A stretch of DNA of 64,000 nucleotides from Isurus oxyrinchus (GCA_026770705.1 JANJGN010000025.1:33356001-33420000), one strand, 5' to 3'. Shown: positions 13,702-26,718, counted from the stretch's first letter. The notes: generated by a model not told the origin, from the letters alone. Program-made: numbers and translations.

Positions 13702-13746
13702 CTTTTTAAACTTCCTATATTCTTCAAATATTTGGTCTTCCACAAT
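13702..13746 (-). CDS. ELL3: ELL-family exon 11: IVEDQIFEEYRKFKK
   Basis: tttcag|ATT...AAG|gtgggt; 45 nt, phase 0 to 0. Confidence 0.93.
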
Positions 13747-15313
13747 CTGAAATACAATATCATCAATAAAATAGGCTTCAAGTTCTTAAAATTTAAGTAT
13801 ACCAATACATCATATCAAACTTTAGAATCTAGTTTCAGAAATTAAGCTCAAATGCAAAACTAGTCCTTCCCCATTTTGAATTATCAATTCATAAGGCAAT
13901 AAAATAATGAAAATAATTGAGATGTTTAAATGAGACTGTTCTAGTAGGCGCCAACACCAACTCGAAATACATTAAGTATATATTACAATAAAAATTAAAT
14001 ATTTTCTTCCTACATTACCAACTTAAATGATAATCTAAACTTGTGTTTTACCAAGTCTATTTAAAATATGAGGTGTTAGGTACACATTTTTAGAGGAATC
14101 TAAACAGGACAGAGTCATTTTTATTCCGACAAGTATGGTCTTAAAACACGAGTAATCAATTCATAGGAAATGATAGTGGTCCTTTCCAAGAAGGAAGCTT
14201 TACTAAACTCAATTAAAAAGACAATGTTTAAGGGAGGATGCTCAGATTGCGGCATTGGGCCACACTTGGCTGCCATGTCCTGACAAACTGGCTCCTGAAG
14301 TTCAAGCCACTCAGTTCTACTTTTGCGCGCATGTTTTTGCTAGCTTATCCTGTTTGAGATCTGTGGACCCGGAGGTTTAGCAAGCGTTGCTTATATCACT
14401 TATGCCTCGTTGGTGGAGAAATCCTAGAGTGGAACAAATCCTACCCCGGTCCACGGCATATAAACTGATCTAAACCACTCTGGCAGCTGCAGTATGACAA
14501 CGGTTCTCAGTTTCTCCAAGCTCTTTTGGGCACTGTGGGAGGGTGATGGAAATTACCATGGGCTCCCACTCCTCTACTTTTCCAAACTTTTGTGTTTTCC
14601 TGGAAAGTACTCTTTTTTGCATTATAACGGCAGATCTTTTTTTGTAATGCACTCTGTGATGCAATTTCAAGCATTGCACTAATTGCTTTGTTGAACTTAT
14701 TTTAAGAAAGGGAAGCCAAGGGCAATCTCAAATTGGGTTGGAATAGTCAAAAAGGAAATGTGAGGTTGATGTTCTATTGGCTGTTTATGATAGTGTAATA
14801 AGTCAAACGATACAGCATTTTATGGCTGGTTTCCATCTTTGATCTTTAAATATAAAATCTGACATGGTGTATGTGTTCTAGCTCTTTAGCTTGCCTGAAC
14901 TGGTGCAAATCAGTTGCAGAAGTAGCTGAATATCATTCTATTTTAATAAATTCCCTCCTCTCCCTTCGATCATTTAAACACAATATGCCTACTAATTTAA
15001 CATATTTCACTTGCACAGAAATAAACCAGTGTTGAAAGTGATATTTAGTAAATTTAGGAAGGCACAAAACTGAAATTTAAAATTGCAAACACAAGATGTC
15101 CCTTCCCCCATCCACTTAGTACCACTTAGGCTTCTCCTCACAATCAGTCAACTAGGTTGCATAGTAACTCAGGAACAGCTGAAGTTCAAGGAGAGGGAGA
15201 AGACTGCAGGGTGGGGTTGGAAGGGATGGGTGGTGGTGCATAAAGAGAAGGGGAGAAGAGAGGGAGTTAAACAGCATCAACCTCTGCCAATCAAACAACT
15301 TGCATTCTCTTAC

Positions 15314-15485
15314 CTTGTATTCCTCTGTTCCTGGGTTAAGTGTTTTGATTTTTGATCCTAACTGTATGAATTGCTGAGTTACGTTTCCAATTCTCGCGTG
15401 AAGATCCCTGTATTCGCTGTACTCCGCATTGAAATCATTCCGATAGTTTTGACACAGTTCTAAAGATGTAATGGCAGTGTACTTT
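15314..15485 (-). CDS. ELL3: ELL-family exon 10 (occludin/ELL domain): KYTAITSLELCQNYRNDFNAEYSEYRDLHARIGNVTQQFIQLGSKIKTLNPGTEEYK
   Basis: cttgcag|AAAG...AAG|gtaaga; 172 nt, phase 2 to 0; NDFNAEYSEYRDLHAR hallmark. Confidence 0.96.
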
Positions 15486-17391
15486 CTGCAAGAATAATTT
15501 TGTTGTTACCTCCAAGCTTTCAAAAACACAGGATTCTAAAGAAACAAATCAATGCAGTCAAACTTAATGAATGACACAGGTAGAAAATTGAAGAATCTTT
15601 GCTCAGGATCTGAAGCACTTTACTCATTTGCGCTAAATTTGATGAAAAGGCAGATGAGAAGTAAGTGGAGGGATTTCTACCATTCTCTGGTGTACCCATT
15701 CCTTTATAAAACTCTTGAGTTTCAATTTATACTGATTTTCACCCAAGAACTCAACTTGTTAACATACACGATTCACTATATCCCAAGGGTGAAAGTTTAA
15801 TGAGATTTTGTCCCACTCATTTCTCCAGGCTGCACACAGATCATTTTCTGCTGCGTTTTGTCCAACACAGACAAAGAATAATTGCATATCCAAAATTAAA
15901 TGAGAAAGTATTTTGGAGAAAATTAAGTGCAAATATGTCCAAAAGAAGTTTTTTTCTATGGTAACACAATGTCCTCTTCCCTAACTTCCAACTAATCTTA
16001 ATTTTTAAGAACGGAGAACATTACAAGGGAATTTACAAAAGGATAACACCTGAATAGGTTAGGAATCTGATTGATCTTTTAGTATACACTTCTCAGATAA
16101 CTGGTAGAATCAACACCATTCTCCTAGGGTGTAAAGCAATAATTACATCAAGTCTTCCCAAAAAAGGAGGGCTCCAGCAAAATTATGCAATATTTCAGTA
16201 AAAGCAATGGAGCCTAATGGATAGGTCATCTCTGCAAATAGCAAGTGGTTTTACTGACCACACCTTAAAAGAACTTATGTCCTAAACATATTCCAGTTCA
16301 TTGTTTTTAAAAAAATGATCCAATAGGAAGACAGTTCTATAAAGGTATTTCATAAATAGCTATTGCTACCAGCCTATTATATTAGGTAAAGTTTTTGCAT
16401 CTAATTTTACACATTTTGCAAATAGTCGCTTGGTACCACAGAACTTGAATATTGCCGAAAAAAGCGACGTTATTGAAGCTTTTCATCTTGTACTCATCAG
16501 AACAAATGCAAGAATTCCAAATTTTAGATGATCATAACAATGTATGTTATAGGAGAAAAGGGTGCTGATTAGTTGACAAGTTGATTCCAATTGGCAAAGG
16601 CATTGCCATGGAGAAAGCATCGCAGAACTACAGGCTCCCATGCTCCCAGGTAATTCAAAAGCAACATACATTCATACACAGGGACCTATTCTCTGCAAAC
16701 AAAAGGAACATGTTGAAGCCTTGCGCCTTTTTTGAAGTACCCGAGAACTTGTGGAGCCTACAGCTCCCCGTTGCTTTCTCCATGGCAACCCCTCAGCCAA
16801 TCAGTTTACTTTCCAACCAAACAGCACCTTTTCCTCCTGTAGTGCAAATTGAAGTGATCATTTGAAATTTGGCATTCTTGCATTTCTCTTGATGAGTGCA
16901 AGATGAAAAGCTTCTGTAAGATGTCTCTCTTTTCACCTTACAAAAGATTATAAAATGTGAAGACTGCCCTTTAACCAGGAAAGGTGAGCAGCCTGGCATT
17001 GGATCAATATAATTCTTCTAGTAAAATAAAACAGACGCTAGGAAAACTGGCTTTGCCTGTGTTTTTTTTCTCGGATGTTGCATTCTGCTATACCGATGGC
17101 TTCCAATATCCAGTCAAGTGCTGAAGAAGCAGTCTAATCAAGTATGACTAATACACAACAGTGTACTTCAAACCTAGAACCATTCTGTTCACAGCTGGAC
17201 CTTTGCTACTCACCTGCAACATAAGCTTTAGTTCTGAAAAGCTCCAACAAACCAGAAGTCTCCACTAAATTTCCTTTCTGAGTTTTTTAAAAAATTGAAA
17301 TGAATAAACATGCCAAGTTGCTTTCGAGCTGTAGAATCTATCAATTATGGAACTGTATTATACAAAAAATAACCAGCTGTCATTTCCTTCT

Positions 17392-17458
17392 CCAGCAGGG
17401 GTCAGTAAGATAAATGGGTAAGGATGTAAGATATGAACTAACACCAGCAGATGGCACC
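17392..17458 (+). promoter_or_regulatory. Pair of co-oriented CTCF motifs
   Basis: CCAGCAGGGGTCAGT (17392-17406) and CCAGCAGATGGCACC (17444-17458). Confidence 0.5.
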
Positions 17459-20003
17459 AATTTTAGATAGAATGAGGACCCAGAAGGATCATGTCAGATT
17501 ATAAACTGCCTCAAGATCAAGTCATCATACTCTGGAAGGACAGCACGGAATACCTAGATCATGTATTCCTGAGAAGGTTTGATCAACGCTCTCAGAGATT
17601 ATGTTTTGTCTAGTTTTTCTTGCTCCAGGAGACTACAATCCAGGAATTAGCCAGTTAGAGCCCATTACAGGGCTCTATGGGAATCACCTTATTCACTTCT
17701 GCAAAATCGTACCAAACTATTCAATGATGAGCCACCAACAACAAATAAACTACCTAATCTTTCAGTGGCTGAGCTCAGAGAAGTCAACAAAAAGCCAACA
17801 GGCTGGAAAAACAATAGCTTGACTACATAAACCAGGTCTCAGACAGCCAGTCACCACACAGGTGGTAGAACACGTATAGCCTTCGAATATGTTTGCAATT
17901 GAATTTAAAAAATTCAATTAAAATTATATTGAATACTTTTAATAAGCCAATAGAAGGCATTTGCATTATCTTCAAGCAGAACAATGATAAACTTTCACTA
18001 CATTTCTAGGCATACTTGAACAGTAAAAACAGTAAGTGACATTTTGAGGGCTAAATGAAAACCATGCACAGAGATGTTAGTAGTTGCACTAGAATTCTTC
18101 ATAACAAACTCCAAGTGTATTTTCCTCATTCCTCAAATGTAACACAGTCTCCACATATAAATAATATGTCCACCTACGTGGGGTGGGTCAAGATAACTGG
18201 GATTGTCGTCCCTTTATATCCAAAGTTTAATGTGATGCTAACTTTCTACCTCGCCAAGATCCTCAGTTCTATTCTCCAGAGGAAGTAACAACATCCGGAG
18301 TGCATGTGCTATCAGCAGAATACGTATCTCAAACTTTTAATCCCACCCATCCCATTGCAATATATGGGACAGGGAGGATGTTTTGTGCATGAGGTGTATT
18401 GCATTCAATAAGGATAATACCAGTAGGGTACAAAGAGATATCCTTCATCAATCTCCAAATTCAAATAGAAGCATACAAAAAAAACAGGAAGTGAACCTCT
18501 TCAACTTCATCATGACTCCAAGATAAAGACCATGATCAGGCCACCTCTCCTACCAAATAAACATCGCCCAAGAAAAAGTAAAATGGAAGGAAAAACTGAA
18601 AAAAAATTGGAAACCTGAACTAAAAACAAAAACTGTGAAGCATCTGCAATGAGAGAGGTATGTTATGATACTTTGGGTGTGTAACCTTCAAGGCTTCTTC
18701 ACGTCACTAAATATTTCTTGGCAGATCCGGGACAATGTGTCAAAGTGCCATAGTGACATTCCTTCACCCGACTGGGATGGGTACCTCAGCCATACCAGAA
18801 CAGTGCAAGCTCTTTAACCTTACTGACTCTGAGATTTGCACAGTGTCAGAGAGGCTAGACAGTGAATGGAAATTTCACCTGTTGCACTACCTCTGATACA
18901 GGCGCCAAGTCAGGGCTTCGTCATTGCCATGAAATCAGGAACTCCTCCATACCCTGCCTGACACCCCACTTGCCTGGTCCTACTGGCCTGGGATTCTTCC
19001 ATCCAAAACAGCCAAAGCGTATCAAGCCAGAAATAACTTGCGCCCCAAACAAACTTTTCCAATGAAGGTGCCAGATAATTCGATCCTGCTATGAATTCAG
19101 GTTGAGATCATGAAATGCTCCACTGGGTGAACTTAAGCCACTCAATGTTCGAGTACCTGTCCCCGATTACAGTAATCTTGTGATCATCTCACATACAGAA
19201 CAGTAACAGAGGCACCCACTATGCCCTCAATGTGAATGAATTGTATCCAATGCCACTAAGGTACAACATATGCACTTGGATAGCTGCATCTGCCAGAGGG
19301 TTAGTGGGGTTGGCTACATCAAGTTTTTTTCAAATAGCCTTCGAGGATTGATCTGAGAATTGAAGAGAACCAGAGAAAGGAATTGAAAGGCAGACAAATC
19401 TAGACAGGCTGACCAGTCCCAGTAATCAGCTGTTCAGCTGTACAAAATGAAAAAAAATTGAAAGGCTCAAAGGATATAATGACTTGACCCCCAGTGTTCT
19501 ACTCCTCAGTTACTTGTCGCTTGCGTTAATATGCATCTACTCCTAACAACCTGTACCCACATCTGCAAAGATGAGAGAGAAGTTTTAAACCCCTTCAGGC
19601 TTAAGAAGAGCAGACAATACATGATGGTCAATATGAACGATGACCCAATTACCAGAAAGGACATTCACAAAAGGCAGCCATTTGGCCCATCATGTGTGCG
19701 CTGGCTGAAAAACTACTATCCAGCTTAAGAGTTGACGTTTCGAGTCTTCATGACCCTTCGACAGAACTTGATTTCGAGTCCAGGAAAGAGTTGAAATATA
19801 AGCTGGTTTAAGGTGTGTGGGAGGGGGGGGGGGGCAGAGAGAGAGAGAGAGACAGAGGTGCTTGTGTAGACAAACAAGCAGTGATAGAAGCAGATCATCA
19901 AAAGATGTCAGTGACAATGGGACAAAAGAACACGTAGGTGTTAAAGTTAAAGTTGGTGATATTATCTAAACGAATGTGCTAATTAAGAATGGATGGTAGG
20001 GCA

Positions 20004-21225
20004 ATTTCTCCTTCAACTCCTCTCACTTTCTCCAAATAAAAGGTGTGGCTATGGGTACCCGCATGGGCCCCAGCTATGCCTGTCTCTTAATGGGGTATGT
20101 GGAACATTCCTTGTTGCAGTCCTACCCCGGCCCCCTTCCACAACTTTTTCTCCGGTACATCGATGATTACTTCGGTGCCGCTTCATGCTCTCGTCGGGAC
20201 TTGGAAAAATTTATTAATTTTGCTTCCAATCTCCACCCCTCCATCATTTTCACGTGGTCCATCTCTGACACTTCCCTTCCCTTCCTTGACCTCTCTGTCT
20301 CAATCTCTGGTGATAGACTGTCCACTAATATCCATTACAAACCCACCGACTCCCACAGCTACCTCGACTACAGCTCCTCACACCCCGCTTCCTGTAAGGA
20401 CTCCATCCCATTCTCCCAGTTCCTTCGCCTTCGTCGCATCTGTTCCGATGATGCTACCTTCAAAAACGGTTCCTCTGACATGTCCTCCTTCTTCCTTAAC
20501 AGAGGTTTTCCACCGACGGTCGTTGACAGGGCCCTCAACCGTGTCCGGCCCATCTCCCGCGCATCCGCCCTCACGCCTTCTCCTCCTACCAGAAACATGA
20601 TAGGGTCCCCCTTGTCCTCACTTATCACCCCACCAGCCTCCGCATTCAAAGGATCATCCTCCGCCATTTCCGCCAACTCCAGCATGATGCCACCACCAAA
20701 CACATCTTCCCTTCACCCCCCTTATCGGCATTCCGTAGGGATCGCTCCCTCCGGGACACCCTGGTCCACTCCTCCATCACCCCCTACTCCTCAACCCCCT
20801 CCTATGGCACCACCCCATGCCCACGCAAAAGATGTAACACCTGCCCCTTCACTTCCTCTCTCCTCACCGTCCAAGGGCCCAAACACTCCTTTCAAGTGAA
20901 GCAGCATTTCACTTGCATTTCCCCCAACTTAGTCTACTGCATTCGTTGCTCCCAATGTGGTCTCCTCTACATTGGAGAGACCAAACGTAAACTGGGCGAC
21001 CGCTTTGCAGAACACCTGCGGTCTGTCCGCAAGAATGACCCAAACCTCCCTGTCGCTTGCCATTTTAACACTCCACCCTGCTCTCTTGCCCACATGTCTG
21101 TCCTTGGCTTACTGCATTGTTCCAGTGAAGCCCAACGCAAACTGGAGGAACAACACCTCATCTTCCGACTAGGCACCTTACAGCCTTCCGGTCTGAATAT
21201 TGAATTCAATAACTTTAGGTCGTGA
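20004..21225 (+). pseudogene. Penelope RT C-terminal half plus GIY-YIG endonuclease, one frameshift near 20590
   Basis: The RT frame (ORF 20045) reads to TPSPP. Homology then continues in the -1 frame (QKHDRVPLVLTYHP...CPRKRCNTC...) into ORF 20896..21225. Confidence 0.9.
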
Positions 21226-21633
21226 GCTCCCTCCCCTATCCCCACCCCCTTTCTGTTTCCCCCTTTTTTTCCCCCCCTTTTTTTTCCCTATAAATTTTAT
21301 AGATTTTTCTTTTCCCACCTATTTCCATTATTTTTAAGTATTTTAAAATCTTTTTTGCTCCCCCCACCCCCACTAGAGCTGTACCTTGAGTGCCCTACCA
21401 TCCATTCTTAATTAGCACATTCGTTTAGATAATATCACCAACTTTAACTTTAACACCTATGTGTTCTTTTGTCCCATTGTCACTGACATCTTTTGATGAT
21501 CTGCTTCTATCACTGCTTGTTTGTCTACACAAGCACCTCTGTCTCTCTCTCTCTCTCTCTGCCCGCCCCCCCCCCCCCCCCACACACACCTTAAACCAGC
21601 TTATATTTCAACTCTTTCCTGGACTCGAAATCA

Positions 21634-21672
21634 AGTTCTGTCGAAGGGTCATGAAGACTCGAAACGTCAACT
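21634..21672 (+). ncRNA. Minimal type I hammerhead ribozyme of the Penelope pseudo-LTR (core variant CUGUCGA)
   Basis: agtt-CTGTCGA-agggtc atgaa gactc-GAAAC-GTC-aact: helix I agtt/aact, helix II, palindromic ACGT in place of helix III. Inverted copy at about 19729-19770. Confidence 0.75.
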
Positions 21673-23334
21673 CTTTTCTTCTCCGCCGATGCTGCCAGAC
21701 CTGCTGAGTTTTTCCAGGTAATTCTGTTTTTGTTTTGGATTTCCAGCATCCGCAGTTTTGTTTTGTCTTTATCCAGCTTAATCCTGAAAGCAATTCATAT
21801 TAAATCACCAGCTTGGCTACATAGGAATGGGAGAACAGTAAGTAGGCCATTTAGCCTCTCGAACTTGTCAGTCATTCAGTTACATCACAAATGATCAGTA
21901 TGCCAGCTCGAGTTACCTTTTTTCCCTCCACTTCCAATGATATCCTTAGCTAGCTGAAATCTATTGTTCTCAGGCTCTTAAATTGATTGGTCCAGCATCT
22001 GAGCCTTTTGGGAGGCTAGTCCCAGTTTACAGTTACCATTTGAGAAAAAGTTTGCAATTGTCATCTAGCGATTTTACAGATGTTTGTAGGACAAGCTAGT
22101 CCTGCATATGGAGAAGAATAATTGACGGTGGACGCAATTAGCCAAAACCAAATCTCTAATTTATTTGGGGCATATCTGCAAGCATTTTCAAATGCAAACC
22201 CAGTTTCTTCCAACACAACCTAAGTCTGTACATTGCAGAGTGACGGCAATACCTTGCTCACTTAATTAACAGTGGAATCATTTGATATCAGACTAGCTCA
22301 CAAACCCTTGGTATTTAACAGCTTTTTGATCATTACCAGATAAGGAAGTGACACAACCCCTGGGATATAAATGCCTCTTCCCTCGAGACTTATAACAGCA
22401 AAATGCTACTCAGAACTGGTGTGTCTCTAAATGGTCATTACTATATAAAAACTCTGCCTCTGCTCAAGTCCCTAGCTAATCTAGCCACCAGGGAAGGCAG
22501 TCATATCAAGAACAACAATGGACGGCAATGTGAACAATTATCACAGGAACAAATCCCATTTCATGAAAATCTTTAAGCAAAGGCAAATCCTTTCGACTGA
22601 AGACTATGGACATCAATCGAAAGCAGGCAACACAAGCCTTCAAAGTTAAACAAAAAAAAACTTTATTGTTTTAATACAGTTAACTTCAAGGAATTTGAAA
22701 AAGAAAACAAAACTTGATGGAACTAAGAACTTTTCCACTTGTTAATCATTGTGAAGTCTAAGGGAGTAATATGAAATTGCTCCAGAACAAGGTTGCACAT
22801 CAGGATGGGAGAAGAGGCCCAAGACATGCATTTATATTTTAAAAGAACAGCATCTTTTAAGTGTCTCTCCTCCTTTCTCCCTCATATAGAGAGGCAAAGA
22901 ATCAGCTTGCTATCATTTTCAAAATGCACTGTTGGACATTATAAGTAAAGTGCAAAATAATCCACTGTTCTGGGTGAAAGAACCTTATGGATTGAATTGT
23001 CTTCTGCACTGTCAACTTCGACAACTAGTTAAAATTTAACATAAGTATTTCGATGTCCAACCTTCAAAGTGTGAATGGAATTTTTCTGGCACTTGCCCAG
23101 TCAGCAGGACAGACTTCCTGCTGCAGTGTGAGCACCAACGTAAAGCAGACAACACATCTTAGAGGACCAGGGAGCCTCTACTATGCAAATCAACAGCATT
23201 TTTATTTTCAGTCTGTCAGATATAAGCCATACTGATTGTCAACATGCATTAAAGGATAGATACATGACAACAGTGCCTTCACTAAATATAGCAATTGCCT
23301 AATGCAAATATTTTACTGAATTAATGCTACTCAC

Positions 23335-23398
23335 AATAAATAGTCAGGCATTTCCACTGTTGCACTAGCGGTTGCAGATGTATTTGTGGTTTCATGCT
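23335..23398 (-). CDS. ELL3: ELL-family exon 9: EHETTNTSATASATVEMPDYLL
   Basis: tctacag|AG...TTATT|gtgagt; 64 nt, phase 1 to 2; conserved PDYL. Confidence 0.93.
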
Positions 23399-24518
23399 CT
23401 GTAGATAAGATCATACAGGTTATTTGACTATCTAAAATACTAACTGTCAATGGACCTTACTAATTTCCAATAATAATTACATGGCTATTTTTGGTAATAG
23501 ACATTGGTAGCAATGTATGATTGAATTCTTTTAAAGACTTTACTGGCAACAGTTGCTTGGGTCAATGGATCATCACAGTTATTTATAGTCAGTAATCAGC
23601 AAAATGAAAAAAGCTTTGGCACTTTGTGTACACAGTTAATAGCAAACGTACTTCACTGCACCTGCCACATTTCACAGAACCATGGACACAATGTTTGAAC
23701 AGCTAAGGTAACTAGAAGTGGAAGGCGTAATTAATCTCTTTTGTTGTCAAACTTACACAAGGACATATAGGTTAGTTCCTACCAGTTTTGAGTTTAGTTT
23801 TTTCTGCAAAGCTAAATTAGGTAGTATACTTTTAGGAAAGATACTGTTAAAATAAGGCTTCATATATAATATTAATCCATTAATTAAAACAGTCCAAAAA
23901 CATGACACACGATTTCACTTACAATAACACTGATGATGGCTCCTGTCACTGCTGTTGTGATTGCATCAACTATTCAAGGTGCAGAACTTATACAGATTAA
24001 GGGGTTCTGCACTTTTAAAATGAAACTGCATTCAGCACTTTTCTTTGTTCTCATATATATTGCAGAGCAGTCAGTACTTCATTATGTCCCTTGTTATTGG
24101 CTATGGGGTTCTGCAACTTCTAGGAACTCAGGAATTGGAGGAGGTCATTCAGCCCCTCTAACCTCTTGTGCCTTCAATTAGAACACAGCTAATTTTCAGC
24201 TTAACTCCATTCACTCACCTTAGTTCTATATCCCTTAGATATCCCATTGCCTAAGAAAATCTATTTTCTAAAGCAGTTTCATCAGCACTAGGATGCAGGA
24301 GGGGGAGGAAGCAAGCAGTTATCAAGACCCAGTTAAACTCTTTACATTTGTATTGAGAACTGTCAAAATCACCTCTAAAAGAGACATATATAGTTATAAC
24401 ATTTAGTTATAACATTTTAAATTATTCATCAAGAGTGACTGATAGTTTGAAGATTCGCAGCACTTCAAAACCTCCAGAACATTACAATTTAAAAAACGCT
24501 ATGCGAAACAAATATTAC

Positions 24519-25017
24519 CTTCAACATCTTGTTCGTCTGGTTTTCCAACCGGTTGTATCGGATTCTCCTTTTGCCACATTCTTGCTTCTGGTCTTGTATG
24601 TTCTCTCACCTTTTCTTTGTGTTTTTTGGACTTTTTTTTATTGTGACTAGCAGAGAGTTCCATACCTTCTGAATGAGGATAAGCTGTCTGTTCTAAACTC
24701 GCTTGGGCAACTCGGTTCCTAGGGCTACCAGTAATATTCCTGCCTTTGAATTCTTTATCATTTCTGTTTAAGTCACTTTTTGTAGAGTTGCTGCACTTTT
24801 TAAATGGTTCGTTAAACTCATTTTGACACACAGGGAGTGAAGAGCGAGTTTTCTGGGACTCGGTTCTCACAGTTACACAGGAATTTGCCATGGCAGTAAG
24901 GCAAGCTGAATGAGGAAGATGTCCATTCAAAACAGGCTGTAGGTGATTCTTGGATTGTAATACTTTACTTTTCTTGCTAGTGTGAGAATCTGTCCGTTCT
25001 GAAGGCACTGGTCGTTT
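24519..25017 (-). CDS. ELL3: ELL-family exon 8 (central low-complexity and Lys-rich region): KRPVPSERTDSHTSKK...HNKKKSKKHKEK...EQDVE
   Basis: tttattccag|AAA...GAAG|gtaata; 499 nt, phase 0 to 1; KKKSKKHKEK motif typical of ELL/ELL2; lies within ORF 24499..25032. Confidence 0.92.
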
Positions 25018-25561
25018 CTGGAATAAAGGCACATTTAAAAAAAAGTGAATACAGCAGCCAACCTTTTAATACTTCAGCATATTCTTTTTTGTGGTCAATG
25101 ACAGCAGCTATATAGCACTTTACAGGCAAAATAATGTAAGAGACACAATTCATGTTGACCTTCTTAACCACAATTTAATACTGCAGTTGTGAGTTTATTG
25201 ATGGAAGGGAAGACAATGGTGCACAAGGCACATTTTTTTTGTATTCTGAATTTAATGAGCAGCTGCTCTAAGCAGTAAATGATGCCAGCTAGCAGCAATA
25301 TTTTCCCCTGTCTTTTTATAACATTATAAGCAGATCAGCAATTTAAGAATACGAAGCTGAACCATTAAATATTTCCAGTTTCACCCTTGGCCAATTTAAA
25401 GTTCAACCATAAATCAAGTATGGGATCAGAAGTGTCAGGTTAAAATGTCTGGGCAAAAGTGCCAAAATACAATTTGTATGGTTGGATCAAAATTTAATAT
25501 AGCCAGGCTAGTTTAAAAATCATTTTTCAATGTATTTGGCTGCAGAGGTTCATTGTAATAA

Positions 25562-25800
25562 ATGGGAATAGACACAGAGAGGGGACAGGGTGCAGAGGGG
25601 GGCAAGACAGAGGGCACATAGGAGGAAAGGGGGAGCGGAGAAGAAAAGGGGGAGTGGAGGAGGAGGAAAAGTGGGCAGAGGGCGCAGAGCGAGGCCGGGG
25701 GGCGCAGAGTGAGGGCGGGGGGAACGCTGGGTAAGGGTGGGGGGCACAAATGAGTAAGTAGAAGACACAAAGACACAAAATTGAGAGAAAGTAAGAGCAC
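25562..25800. repeat. G/A-rich low-complexity tract, G-quadruplex-prone on + strand
   Basis: Many GGG/GGGG runs in purine-rich sequence. Confidence 0.8.
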
Positions 25801-26603
25801 ACACCTTTAGAAGAGTCTTGGTTTTTAGCGTGCCTTAGTGTCCAGCATGAACTGAGTGGCTGATAAAATGGTATTTATCATAAAATTCAACGTAAGTCAT
25901 TTGAAAGATTAACTTCTAAATTGTCTGGTGATTCCTGGTAACTTCTGGCTTATTGGGCTCATAGGTTTGGATTGTTTCTAGCTTAATCATTGGGCCAATA
26001 GAAACAAACGCAATAACATTACAGGAACAAAGCCGGTCAAATACCAGGAATAGTTTCAAAGCCTAGTTATACCACCAATCAAAATTCCTCGATTGACTTG
26101 CATCCAGCAGTCTGATTATATTTGGGTGGGCAAATTCATTTGCAGCACTGCAAAAGTTAAAAGCTTAAAGAATACAAGTGCTTAAGACTACAGCCGAGAA
26201 AATAAAACACACGATAACCACCAAAAGCTCTTGCCTCCTTATTCATTTTAATTAAACTCCTTCAATTTCTATAATGAATTCAAACATTTCCTTTCACTCA
26301 AAATGTCTTCTTATGCCTATTCTATATCATCCATTTATACACTCACATATAACAGCCCACTTCCACTCACACTTTAAAATAGCCCAAATTCCATTTTTGT
26401 TCATTTTGGCATTTTCAAAGACATCCCAGTTCTCACTAGAACTCCACATATTAATACGAAGGAAACTTGAACAAGGCAACCATTCTATTAAAGCTCAATA
26501 AAGCTCCCCAAATATCTAGAGCATATATTTTAGTTGCAGCAGACTGGTTACTGCAGGAAATTATAGTAATGACATAAAAACAATCATAAATTTGACTTTT
26601 TAC

Positions 26604-26718
26604 CAACAAAGAATTTTTGACAGGGCTCGACTGTGGTGAAGTTTCCCCTGAGGACTTCTGGAATGGAGAACTGAGTTGAAAACTCTTGGTCTGATTAGAA
26701 TGTGATGGTTGCCGTTTC
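26604..26718 (-). CDS. ELL3: ELL-family exon 7: KRQPSHSNQTKSFQLSSPFQKSSGETSPQSSPVKNSLL
   Basis: tttgttgtag|G...TTG|gtaaaa; 115 nt, phase 2 to 0 fits both neighbours; Ser/Pro-rich linker with low conservation. Confidence 0.8.

Larger units (their letters stand above)
19729..21769 (+). mobile_element. Penelope-like retroelement (Neptune-type), 5'-truncated, with inverted 5' pseudo-LTR
   Basis: RT motifs GVAMGTRMGPSYACL and RYIDD, Cys linker CPRKRCNTC, GIY-YIG endonuclease LVYCIRC..LYIGETKR..DRFAEH..GLN. 19729-20003 is an inverted near-identical copy of 21391-21673. 12-bp TSD tatccagcttaa (19717-19728, 21770-21781). Confidence 0.95.

Noticed and set aside
20045-20899. 284-aa ORF as an intact protein-coding gene
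   Set aside because: 5'-truncated retroelement RT whose last ~100 residues are out-of-frame translation. The overlapping ORFs on both strands here and at 43848-45271 are shadows of C-rich sequence.
25513-25804. Three overlapping Pro/Leu/Ser-rich ORFs
   Set aside because: Produced by a low-complexity purine tract that lacks stops on the minus strand.
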